Source: Bryobacterales bacterium (GTDB taxonomy: Bacteria; Acidobacteriota; Terriglobia; Bryobacterales; UBA6623). From it: a stretch of 24,000 nucleotides of DNA. The stretch is from NCBI GenBank assembly GCA_963667885.2, contig OY764148.2, forward strand, positions 988,221 to 1,012,220. Reading direction: 5' to 3'. Both the position numbers and the translations under genes were made by a program. Position 1 is the stretch's first letter. Each line of letters opens with the position of its first letter. Under the pieces are notes generated by a model that ran no database searches, was not told the DNA's origin, and saw only the letters and a list, made by a program, of their open reading frames with translations. This document shows, piece by piece, positions 1 through 7,961 of the stretch.

Positions 1-2
1 CG

Positions 3-584
3 ATCTTGCTGCACCGTATCGCTCACAAGCTCTATAACGCCAGACTGAAGCTCATCGCCCGGTTCATCTCCAATTTCTCTCGTTGGCTAACCGGCATCGA
101 GATCCACCCGGGCGCTCAGATCGGGAAACGGTTCTTCATCGACCACGGCATGGGCGTGGTCATCGGAGAGACGACCGTGATCGGCGACGACGTGTTGCTC
201 TACCAGGGCGTCACGCTGGGTGGCACCGGCCACGAGCAGGGGAAGCGGCACCCGACGCTGGGCAACCATGTTGCAGTCGGCTCCAGTGCCACAGTGTTGG
301 GCGATATCCGCATGGGTGACTGGGTCAAGGTCGGCGCCGGCTCAGTCGTTGTCCGCTCCGCTCCAGACCACTCGACAGTCGTCGGTGTGCCAGGCCGCAT
401 CGTGGCGCTGAATGGCATGAAGGTAGAGAACGAGGAGTGGGAGATGCTCGAACACGGTCATCTGCCCGATCCGGTCCAACAAGCGCTCGATACGCTGACC
501 GATCGCATCACTCACCTGGAGCAAGAACTAGAGGCTTCAAAAGAAAAACCGGACGACTTCATCCGGACCATGCCGGGCGGTTAA
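3..584 (+). CDS. cysE: serine O-acetyltransferase, N-terminus cut off by the window edge
   Basis: LLHRIAHKLYNARLKLIARF...SRWLTGIEIHPGAQIGKRFFIDHGMGVVIGETTVIGDDVLLYQGVTLGGT left-handed beta-helix hexapeptide protein typical of CysE; the frame is open to the left edge. Confidence 0.95.
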   Translation: MLLHRIAHKLYNARLKLIARFISNFSRWLTGIEIHPGAQIGKRFFIDHGMGVVIGETTVIGDDVLLYQGVTLGGTGHEQGKRHPTLGNHVAVGSSATVLGDIRMGDWVKVGAGSVVVRSAPDHSTVVGVPGRIVALNGMKVENEEWEMLEHGHLPDPVQQALDTLTDRITHLEQELEASKEKPDDFIRTMPGG

Positions 585-588
585 CACC

Positions 589-1008
589 CTATCCCGGTGT
601 CTCGTGAATGATCTTCGGCGATCCGGTTAGCGTCCGATGCACCGGGCACTTGTGCGCGATCTCGCGGATGCGGGCCCGCTGAGTTTCGTCCAAGTCGCCC
701 TCGATCTTGAAACGCACGATGATGCGCTCGATCTTGCCTTCCGTCTCTTCGCACTCCTTGCAGTCAACCGCATAAACCCGATCGTGCGTGAGATCGACTT
801 CAACCCGCTGCAGATCCCACCCCTTGCGCTTGGCATAAAGCTTGAGAGTGATCGTGATGCAAGCCGCCAAAGCGGAGAGCAGTAGCTCGTAGGGGTCCGG
901 GCCGAGACCGTCGCCGATCCCTTCGGGTTCATCGGCCAATAGCTCGTGCGAAGACGCGCGAACGAGTACCTGGTAATTGTCGAGACTTTCTGAACTGACA
1001 TGTGCCAT
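589..1008 (-). CDS. OsmC-family protein
   Basis: 139 aa; ELLLSALAACITITLKLYAKRKGWDLQRVEVDLTH and ARIREIAHKCPVHRTL match the OsmC/Ohr fold pattern with two conserved Cys. Confidence 0.88.
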   Translation of the reverse strand: MAHVSSESLDNYQVLVRASSHELLADEPEGIGDGLGPDPYELLLSALAACITITLKLYAKRKGWDLQRVEVDLTHDRVYAVDCKECEETEGKIERIIVRFKIEGDLDETQRARIREIAHKCPVHRTLTGSPKIIHETPG

Positions 1009-1066
1009 GCGCTTATTGTGGCGGACAGAGCAAAGCTATACTGAGCGTTCTCTGGGGAGGCCTCAA

Positions 1067-3196
1067 TTGACCCGCCGCACTCTATCGTTTTTCGTTGCCA
1101 TAGCCATGAACGCTCTACCTCTCAGCGCCCAGGAGACCGCTATCTCCTACCCCGACACCAAGCGCATCGATCACGTTGACGACTACCACGGCACGGAGGT
1201 CGCCGACCCCTACCGTTGGCTGGAAGACGATGTCCGCGAATCGGAAGACGTAGCCTCCTGGGTTGAGCAGGAGAACGAAGCAACGTTCGCCTATCTGCAC
1301 GCGATCCCCGAGCGCGACCAGATCGAGAAACGCATCACCGAGCTTTGGAACTACGAACGCTACTCGACGTTCTTCAAGGAAGGCGGCCGCTACTACTTCT
1401 TCAAAAACGATGGGCTGCAGAACCAGAGCGTGCTCTACATGCAGGACTCGCTTGAGGATGAGCCCGAGATGCTGCTCAACCCAAACGTGTGGTCCGAAGA
1501 CGGGACGACCGCACTCTCAAGCATCGAGTTCAGCGAAGACGGCCGCTACGCAGCCTACTCACGCAGTGAAGGCGGATCCGACTGGCAGACCGTGCACGTC
1601 ATGGAGATCGAGTCGAAGAAGCTGCTCGACGACCAACTCGACTGGGTCAAGTTCAGTGCCTTGGTTTGGACCAAAGACGGCGAGGGTTTCTTCTACACTC
1701 GCTTCCCTCAACCGGAAGAGGGTGCGGAGTTCCAGTCCACCAATCTGCATAACAAGCTCTACTACCACCGCGTCGGCACGCCGCAGTCAGATGACGTTCT
1801 CGTCTACGAACGGCCTGAGGAACCCGAGTGGGGATTTTCACCCGACCTTTCTTCCGATGGACGGCACTTGGTGATCCACGTTTGGAAAGGCACCGACGCT
1901 CGCTACCGCGTCCTTCACAAGGACCTGGAAGAGCCTTACGGCGCTCCGGTCGAGCTGATCTCCAACTTCGACCAGGAGTACACCTTCATCGATGCCGAGG
2001 GCTCGAAGCTATACTTCCTCAGCGACTTGGATGCACCGCGTCGACGAGTGATCACATTCGACCTCGACCACCCCGATACGGCCCCGGTCGAGATCATCGC
2101 CGAGTCGGCAGACACACTCGTTGGCGTCACCTTGGTGGGTGACCTTCTCGTCGCGGACTACCTCAAAGACGCCCGCTCGTCGGTCCGCATCCATCGCCTC
2201 AACGGCGACTTCGTTCGCGAAGTCGAGTTACCCGGCATCGGTACCGCTGGCGGATTCTCAGGATCCCGTAGCGATCTCGAGACCTTCTACTCGTTCTCGG
2301 GATACGCAACACCTCCGACGATCTATCGCTACGACATGTTGACCGGCGAGAGCACACTGCTGAGGCAGGCCGCCGTCAACTTCGATTCCACTCAGTACGT
2401 CACCGAGCAGGTCTTCTACACGAGCAAAGACGGCACCCGAATTCCGATGTTTCTGACCCACCAGAAGGGGCTAGAGAAGAACGGCGCCAACCCAACGCTA
2501 CTCTACGGCTACGGCGGGTTCAACATCTCGATCACTCCCGCCTTCTCGGTCCGCTGGATGACTTGGCTGGACCTGGGCGGCCTGCTGGCAGTGCCCAACC
2601 TGCGCGGCGGTGGCGAGTACGGCGAAGATTGGCACCAGGCAGGAATCAAGCAAAGGAAGCAAAATGTCTTCGATGACTTTATCGCCGCCGCCGAGTGGCT
2701 GATCGAGAACGACTACACACGCACGGACAAGCTAGCCGTCCATGGACGCTCGAACGGTGGACTCCTCGTCGGTGCGGTAATGACCCAGCGACCGGAGCTA
2801 TTTGGCGCTGCCCTCCCCGGCGTGGGCGTCATGGACATGCTGCGCTTCCACCAGTTCACCGCGGGCCGCTATTGGGTCGACGACTACGGCTCAGCGGACA
2901 ATGCGGACGAGTTCCCGGCACTACTCGCCTACTCGCCCTATCACAACCTCGACAACCACTCCGACTACCCGCCGACCCTCATCACCACCGCCGACACCGA
3001 CGATCGTGTCGTACCGGGCCACAGCTTCAAGTTCGCCGCCGAACTGCAGCACAACCAGCAAGGCGCCGCACCGGTTTTGATCCGCATCGAGACCTCTGCA
3101 GGACATGGCGCAGGGCTCCCCACCTCGAAGCGCATCGAAGAGTTGGCCGATACCTGGGCGTTCTTGGTGAAGAGTCTGGGCATGGCGCTTGACTAG
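1067..3196 (+). CDS. prolyl oligopeptidase family (S9) serine peptidase, probably secreted
   Basis: KRIDHVDDYHGTEVADPYRWLEDD N-terminus, beta-propeller, GGFN...GG, VHGRSNGGLLVGA nucleophile motif, HSFKFAAELQ and AGHGAG. A TTG start at 1067 behind GGGGAGG gives a signal-peptide-like LTRRTLSFFVAIAMNALPLSAQE; the ORF track extends upstream to 977. Confidence 0.93.
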   Translation: MTRRTLSFFVAIAMNALPLSAQETAISYPDTKRIDHVDDYHGTEVADPYRWLEDDVRESEDVASWVEQENEATFAYLHAIPERDQIEKRITELWNYERYSTFFKEGGRYYFFKNDGLQNQSVLYMQDSLEDEPEMLLNPNVWSEDGTTALSSIEFSEDGRYAAYSRSEGGSDWQTVHVMEIESKKLLDDQLDWVKFSALVWTKDGEGFFYTRFPQPEEGAEFQSTNLHNKLYYHRVGTPQSDDVLVYERPEEPEWGFSPDLSSDGRHLVIHVWKGTDARYRVLHKDLEEPYGAPVELISNFDQEYTFIDAEGSKLYFLSDLDAPRRRVITFDLDHPDTAPVEIIAESADTLVGVTLVGDLLVADYLKDARSSVRIHRLNGDFVREVELPGIGTAGGFSGSRSDLETFYSFSGYATPPTIYRYDMLTGESTLLRQAAVNFDSTQYVTEQVFYTSKDGTRIPMFLTHQKGLEKNGANPTLLYGYGGFNISITPAFSVRWMTWLDLGGLLAVPNLRGGGEYGEDWHQAGIKQRKQNVFDDFIAAAEWLIENDYTRTDKLAVHGRSNGGLLVGAVMTQRPELFGAALPGVGVMDMLRFHQFTAGRYWVDDYGSADNADEFPALLAYSPYHNLDNHSDYPPTLITTADTDDRVVPGHSFKFAAELQHNQQGAAPVLIRIETSAGHGAGLPTSKRIEELADTWAFLVKSLGMALD

Positions 3197-3215
3197 AGCC
3201 CCTCAGACAGCGCAG

Positions 3216-3230
3216 CTCAATTGAATTGAG
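3216..3230. promoter_or_regulatory. perfect palindrome CTCAATT-G-AATTGAG upstream of the tcmP-like gene
   Basis: 7-bp arms around a single central base, 45-60 bp upstream of the candidate starts at 3258/3276. Confidence 0.35.
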
Positions 3231-3275
3231 TATCATACGGGCAAACCCAAATGGCGAATGAAAGGCGAATCCATA

Positions 3276-4178
3276 ATGCCCGATAGACCTAATGAACGAT
3301 CAGTGAGTCACGAGTTTGGTGGCGAATGGACCGAGCGGAAGCTGAACATCATTGAGAAGTACCTTAGCGCCTACACCACTGCTCTGAAGAACCAACCCTT
3401 CCGAAAAAGCTACATCGATGCATTCGCCGGAACAGGTTATCGATCAGAACCCAATAATACGCCTGAGGGGAAGGCGGATCGCCTCCTGCTGCCTGAGCTT
3501 GCCGAAGAGGAACCGCAGAAGGTGCTGGAAGGCTCCGTACGACGTGCGCGCCAGTTGAATCCGCCGTTTGACGACTACACGTTTATCGAGAAAAGCAAGA
3601 TCAAACACCGAGCGCTTCTAGGCATCAAGGAGGAGTTCCCCCATCTGGCGGCCAACATTGAGATCATCCAGGACGATGCCAACTCGGCTATCAAAAACCT
3701 GTGTTCGGAGGACTGGTCGGCAAGACGTGCTGTACTGTTCCTGGATCCCTACGGAATGCAGGTGGAGTGGAGCACTATAGAGGCCATTGCAAAGACAGCA
3801 GCGATAGACATGTGGCTGCTCTTTCCTCAGGGCATGGCGGTGAACAGGATGCTAGGGGCAGCGGACAGGTTTCCATCTTGGCGAGCCAGCGTAGACAGAT
3901 CGTTCGGTCCCGACGATTGGCGGGACGAATTGATGCCAGTGAGCGCCCAGCAGTCGCTGTTCGGAGGGGAGGAACTAAGGTCCAAGGTGGCCATCGAGCA
4001 GATTGGACAGTACTTCGTACGCAGGCTCAAGTCCGTGTTCCCGGCGGTCGCCCCTAATCCCGCCATCTTGGGCAACTCCACCTGTCCGCTTTATCTGCTC
4101 TGTTTTGCAGCAGGAAACGAGAGGGGTGGCAAGCTCGCCCTCCGGATCGCGAACTATATTCTGAGAGCAGAAGGCTAG
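3276..4178 (+). CDS. tcmP: three-Cys-motif partner protein, TcmP-like
   Basis: GGEWTERKLNIIEKYLSAYTTAL...FRKSYIDAFAGTGYR, ...AVLFLDPYGMQVEWSTIEAIAKTAAIDMWLLFPQG, characteristic of the TcmP family. Alternative start at 3258. Confidence 0.85.
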   Translation: MPDRPNERSVSHEFGGEWTERKLNIIEKYLSAYTTALKNQPFRKSYIDAFAGTGYRSEPNNTPEGKADRLLLPELAEEEPQKVLEGSVRRARQLNPPFDDYTFIEKSKIKHRALLGIKEEFPHLAANIEIIQDDANSAIKNLCSEDWSARRAVLFLDPYGMQVEWSTIEAIAKTAAIDMWLLFPQGMAVNRMLGAADRFPSWRASVDRSFGPDDWRDELMPVSAQQSLFGGEELRSKVAIEQIGQYFVRRLKSVFPAVAPNPAILGNSTCPLYLLCFAAGNERGGKLALRIANYILRAEG

Positions 4179-4181
4179 GAC

Positions 4182-4898
4182 ATGGCACAGAAGTCAGAGA
4201 TCGAATGGACTCAATCCACCTGGAACCCGGTTACAGGCTGTACCAAGGTGAGTGCAGGCTGCAAGAACTGCTATGCGGAGCGCATGGCTGAACGGCTCAA
4301 ATTGATGGGGCAACGCAACTATCGACGAGGCTTTCAGCTTACTCTACAGCCCCACATGCTCGAACTTCCACTTACGTGGAAGACTCCACAAACGATTTTC
4401 GTTAACTCCATGAGCGACCTCTTCCATGAAGACGTGCCTCTCAGTTACATCAACTCCGTCTTCGACGTGATGAGACGAGCTTCTTGGCACCACTTTCAGA
4501 TTTTGACCAAGAGATCGAAACGACTACGGCGCGTAGCTCCAAGCATCGATTGGCCAAGCAATGTTTGGATGGGAGTCAGCGTCGAGTCCGGGGACCACGT
4601 GAACCGGATTGACGATCTTCGCCGAACGGGAGCAGCCGTGAAGTTCCTCTCACTGGAGCCATTGCTGGGCCCCTTGCATGACTTGAATTTACGTGACATC
4701 GACTGGATTATTGTCGGCGGTGAGTCAGGCCCAAGAGCACGGCCGATTGATCCGGACTGGGTTATCGACCTCCGAGATCAGTGTCAGCAAGCGGAAGTGC
4801 CATTCTTCTTCAAGCAGTGGGGCGGCGTAAATAAGAAAAAGACTGGGAGACTCTTGGGGGGGCGGACCTGGGACGTGAACGACCGGTCTGATAGGTAA
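4182..4898 (+). CDS. phage Gp37/Gp68-like (DUF5131) three-Cys-motif protein; C-terminus ends in IS-derived sequence
   Basis: [36 protein letters not shown] with C-X6-C-X2-[42 protein letters not shown]. Starts 3 nt after the tcmP stop. Confidence 0.87.
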   Translation: MAQKSEIEWTQSTWNPVTGCTKVSAGCKNCYAERMAERLKLMGQRNYRRGFQLTLQPHMLELPLTWKTPQTIFVNSMSDLFHEDVPLSYINSVFDVMRRASWHHFQILTKRSKRLRRVAPSIDWPSNVWMGVSVESGDHVNRIDDLRRTGAAVKFLSLEPLLGPLHDLNLRDIDWIIVGGESGPRARPIDPDWVIDLRDQCQQAEVPFFFKQWGGVNKKKTGRLLGGRTWDVNDRSDR

Positions 4899-6187
4899 CA
4901 CTCTAAACCGGACGGATGGGTAACAGTATAGGCGGTGGTCAGTGGCCCCCGCGGGGGCCACTGACTGCCGAGCCGAGCGGCCACAGTACGCGGTTGGCGG
5001 CGTCGAACAAGGCGAGTTCCACCGGACCGAACCAGATCTGCCAAATGGCTTCGTCCACTTCGACTAGCCCGACCAACTCGCGAGCCAACGCTTCACTCAG
5101 GAAGTACTTCTCGCCGAGGAACTTGATGCGTCCGTCGTGGCGCACTCGTCGGCGCTCCCAGTGCCCCGGGTAATCCAGATCAGCAAGCTCGCTGGGATAG
5201 GCGCGTGTTGCTGGTGCATAGAACGCCGCCGGGGGCCGCTGTCTCAACGCTTCATGCGGACGTTCTTGGTTGTATTCATGACGAAAGAGGTCGAAGCGGC
5301 GCTGCTGTCGGCGACGATCGCCAGCCGGAGGTCTCACTGTCTCGGCTTTGAGCGTGCGGTGTAGCCGCTCGTGGCGACCGTTCTGCTGCGGCTTGCCCGG
5401 CTCGATGCGCTCCACCGCAATGCCCAGCTTCAGCCACCAGACGTTCAACCGGCTCAAGCGTCCGGTGCCGATGGAGGCGAACGGCGAACCGTTGTCTGAG
5501 CGTATCCTTCGTGGCAGCCCGCGCTCCAGAAACAACCGCTCCAAGCCTCGGCGGGCCTCGGCGTAGGATGTGCCCACGTGTGCGGTGCAGTTGAGCAGGA
5601 AACGACTATATCCGTCGACGACCGTTAGCGGATAACACAGCACGCCGTCGCCGGTGCGAAACTGCCCCTTGTAGTCGATCGTCCAGAGGTCGTTGGGCGC
5701 TTCGGGTTCGCGCAACGGACTGGGTGCCGCTTCGGCCAGTCGCCGCATCCGCTTGCGCCCGCGAACGAGTCCGGCTCGCTTCAGCGCGTCGCCGATCGTC
5801 GACGCCGCTGGCCAGCTTGTCTGTGACTCTTTCGACTCCAGCCAGGCCCTGAGCTTCTTCGGCCCCCAACTCGGATGCTGCCGACGCGCTTCTATCACTC
5901 GTCGCTCGACCGACTCGGGTATCCGACCGGGCTGACGGTGTGCCGCGTGCGAGCGGTCTTCCAGCTCTGGCCAACCGCCTTGACGGAAGCGTTCTAACCA
6001 CTTGTATCCGGTCCTGCGGCTGATCCCGTAGAGTCGACACAGCGCCGCCACGTTCGTCGCCGCCCCCGCTCGCAGCCAGTCTTCAATGAATCTCTTGCGT
6101 TCTTCCATCGGATAGGTCTCCTTCCATGGCATCTCGCCATGGTGTTACCTATCCGCCCGGTCTAACCTGTTACCCTTCCGCCCGGTC
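4881..6187 (-). mobile_element. IS481-like insertion sequence with imperfect terminal inverted repeats, each holding two 20-bp motifs
   Basis: Left end GACCGGTCTGATAGGTAACA (4881-4900) and AACCGGACGGATGGGTAACA (4906-4925); right end inverted GACCGGGCGGAAGGGTAACA (6187-6168) and GACCGGGCGGATAGGTAACA (6162-6143); flanks one transposase ORF. Confidence 0.85.
4939..6132 (-). CDS. IS481-family transposase (DDE integrase core)
   Basis: HTH region AALCRLYGISRRTGYKWLERFRQGG, DLWTIDYKGQF...VDGYSRFLL, IRSDNGSPF, PGKPQQNGRHERLHRTLK. Probable true start is the internal MEERKRF codon behind AAGGAG. Confidence 0.92.
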   Translation of the reverse strand: MPWKETYPMEERKRFIEDWLRAGAATNVAALCRLYGISRRTGYKWLERFRQGGWPELEDRSHAAHRQPGRIPESVERRVIEARRQHPSWGPKKLRAWLESKESQTSWPAASTIGDALKRAGLVRGRKRMRRLAEAAPSPLREPEAPNDLWTIDYKGQFRTGDGVLCYPLTVVDGYSRFLLNCTAHVGTSYAEARRGLERLFLERGLPRRIRSDNGSPFASIGTGRLSRLNVWWLKLGIAVERIEPGKPQQNGRHERLHRTLKAETVRPPAGDRRRQQRRFDLFRHEYNQERPHEALRQRPPAAFYAPATRAYPSELADLDYPGHWERRRVRHDGRIKFLGEKYFLSEALARELVGLVEVDEAIWQIWFGPVELALFDAANRVLWPLGSAVSGPRGGH

Positions 6188-6255
6188 TGTACACAGACGA
6201 ATTGCCCACTTCTGAATTAGTTAGCGCGGGTCGATGACGCTCGACTGAGCCTACG

Positions 6256-6684
6256 TCAGGATTTCCGTTTTGCCGCTTTCTTCGCCGCCTTCTTGCGAGG
6301 CTTGATCGGGACCGGCATACGCACATTGACGGGCACCAGCGAGGTCGTCAAATGGTCTGCAGCCTCTGGTGAAACCGAGCCCAAGTTGTCGTTGATGTAG
6401 GCGACAAACTCCTGCATCTGGCCCTGCATCTCTTCCATCCTCAGCCGCATGTTGAGGATGATTTCGACGCCAGCCAGATTGACGCCAAGCTCACGCGTCA
6501 GCGACAGGATCACCTCCAGCCGCTCCATGTCGGCCTCGGTAAACATCCTCGTGTTGCCTTCGGTTCTTGAGGGCTTGAGAAGACCTTCGCGCTCGTACAT
6601 ACGCAATGTCTGAGGGTGAATATCAAACTGCTCGGCGACAACCGAGATCGTGTAGGCCCCTTTAATGCGCGTACGTCTTGCCAT
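6256..6684 (-). CDS. hspR: MerR-family heat shock repressor HspR-like
   Basis: YTISVVAEQFDIHPQTLRMYEREGLLKPSRTEGNTRMFTEADMERLEVILSLTRELGVNLAGVEIIL; located directly after dnaJ in the dnaK operon. Confidence 0.9.
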   Translation of the reverse strand: MARRTRIKGAYTISVVAEQFDIHPQTLRMYEREGLLKPSRTEGNTRMFTEADMERLEVILSLTRELGVNLAGVEIILNMRLRMEEMQGQMQEFVAYINDNLGSVSPEAADHLTTSLVPVNVRMPVPIKPRKKAAKKAAKRKS

Positions 6685-6686
6685 GA

Positions 6687-7847
6687 TTAAACCGACTCGA
6701 ACAGGTCCTTACGCGGGTCATCGGGGTTGAGGTTAGCAAAGTCCCTCATCAGCTCTTTTGTGTTCTCGTCCGCAATTTCGGGAACGACGATCTGAACCTC
6801 GATGAACTGATCGCCTTTCTGCTTCGTCCGCGGATTGAGAACGCCGCGCTCGCGCAGTCGAAAGACCTTGCCCGAACTCGTGCTCGGCGGAACCTTCAGG
6901 AGCGTACGCCCGTCAATCGTCGGGACTTCGACCTTCGCACCCAAGATCGCCTCGTCGAGCCGAATCGGCATCTTGATGCGAATGTCATCGCCCTTGCGCT
7001 TGAAGACCGGGTGCTCACCAACGTTCGTAATGATATAGAGGTCGCCCGCTGGTGCACCCATCGAACCGGCGTTGCCTTTGCGAGCCACGCGCAATCGCGA
7101 GCCGCTTTGCGCGCCCGGAGGAATGCGAACTTCTACCGAATCAGTCCGACTGAGCCGTCCCTCTCCCGAGCACGTGAGGCACGCATTGCGGAGGCTGCCC
7201 GAGCCCTTGCATCGTGGACAGGTCAGGTTAAAGCGCATCGCGCCGACCGCCTGGTCGACCTGTCCGGCACCGCTACACTCAGGACATACGGTGTTGCCCG
7301 TGCCCGCCTGCCCAAGTCCCTTGCAGGCTGAACACTGCTCATAGCGGTTCACGTTGATCTTAAGACTCGTACCGCGGATCGCATCCCAAAAATCGATGTC
7401 GACGGTGTACTCCAGGTCTTCGCCTTTCTTCGGTTGAGCCTGAGGCTGAGCGCCGTGACCCGCACCGCCACCGCCTCGAAAGAACTGTGAAAACAGGTCG
7501 TTGAACCCGCCGCCCGCCTGTCCAGCTCCTGCACCAGCGCTACCGAAATCGAATCCCTCGAAGTTGAAATCGTTGGGGCGTCCGCCGCCTCGCCCTCCGC
7601 CACCAGGGAATCCACCCGGAGAGGCCGTGCCGAACTGGTCGTACATCTCCCGCTTCTGTTTGTCGCCGAGGACGTCATGCGCCTCTTGCAAGTCTTTGAA
7701 GCGATCTTCGGCCGCCTTGTCGCCTGGGTTAACGTCTGGGTGATACTTGCGCGCAAGACGACGGTAGGCCTTGCGAACCTCGTCCGCGGAAGCCGTTCGC
7801 TTCACCCCTAGCGTCTTGTAATAGTCGTTCTTCCCAGCCGCAGCCAT
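6687..7847 (-). CDS. dnaJ: chaperone protein DnaJ
   Basis: J domain DYYKTLGVKRTASADEVRKAYRRLARKYHPDVNPG, G/F-rich region, CSACKGLGQAGTG/CPECSG/CPRCKGSG/CLTCSGEG zinc repeats. Confidence 0.96.
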   Translation of the reverse strand: MAAAGKNDYYKTLGVKRTASADEVRKAYRRLARKYHPDVNPGDKAAEDRFKDLQEAHDVLGDKQKREMYDQFGTASPGGFPGGGGRGGGRPNDFNFEGFDFGSAGAGAGQAGGGFNDLFSQFFRGGGGAGHGAQPQAQPKKGEDLEYTVDIDFWDAIRGTSLKINVNRYEQCSACKGLGQAGTGNTVCPECSGAGQVDQAVGAMRFNLTCPRCKGSGSLRNACLTCSGEGRLSRTDSVEVRIPPGAQSGSRLRVARKGNAGSMGAPAGDLYIITNVGEHPVFKRKGDDIRIKMPIRLDEAILGAKVEVPTIDGRTLLKVPPSTSSGKVFRLRERGVLNPRTKQKGDQFIEVQIVVPEIADENTKELMRDFANLNPDDPRKDLFESV

Positions 7848-7896
7848 TTCTTACCCATCATTCACCCGACCAGCGACCGGTCAGGCTCCTAAGCTA

Positions 7897-7935
7897 AACA
7901 GCGGGAGTGCCGCATCGAGCGACTCTCCCGCTGTT
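7897..7935 (-). promoter_or_regulatory. intercistronic hairpin between dnaK and dnaJ
   Basis: AACAGCGGGAG (7897-7907) and CTCCCGCTGTT (7925-7935) are exact reverse complements (11 bp) with a 17-nt loop. Confidence 0.6.
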
Positions 7936-7961
7936 GGTGTCGCTCATGGGCTGAACTTCGC

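Noticed and set aside
977-1066. Upstream extension of the S9 peptidase ORF
   Set aside because: It overlaps the OsmC gene start and lacks signal features; a TTG at 1067 with a strong RBS and signal peptide fits better.
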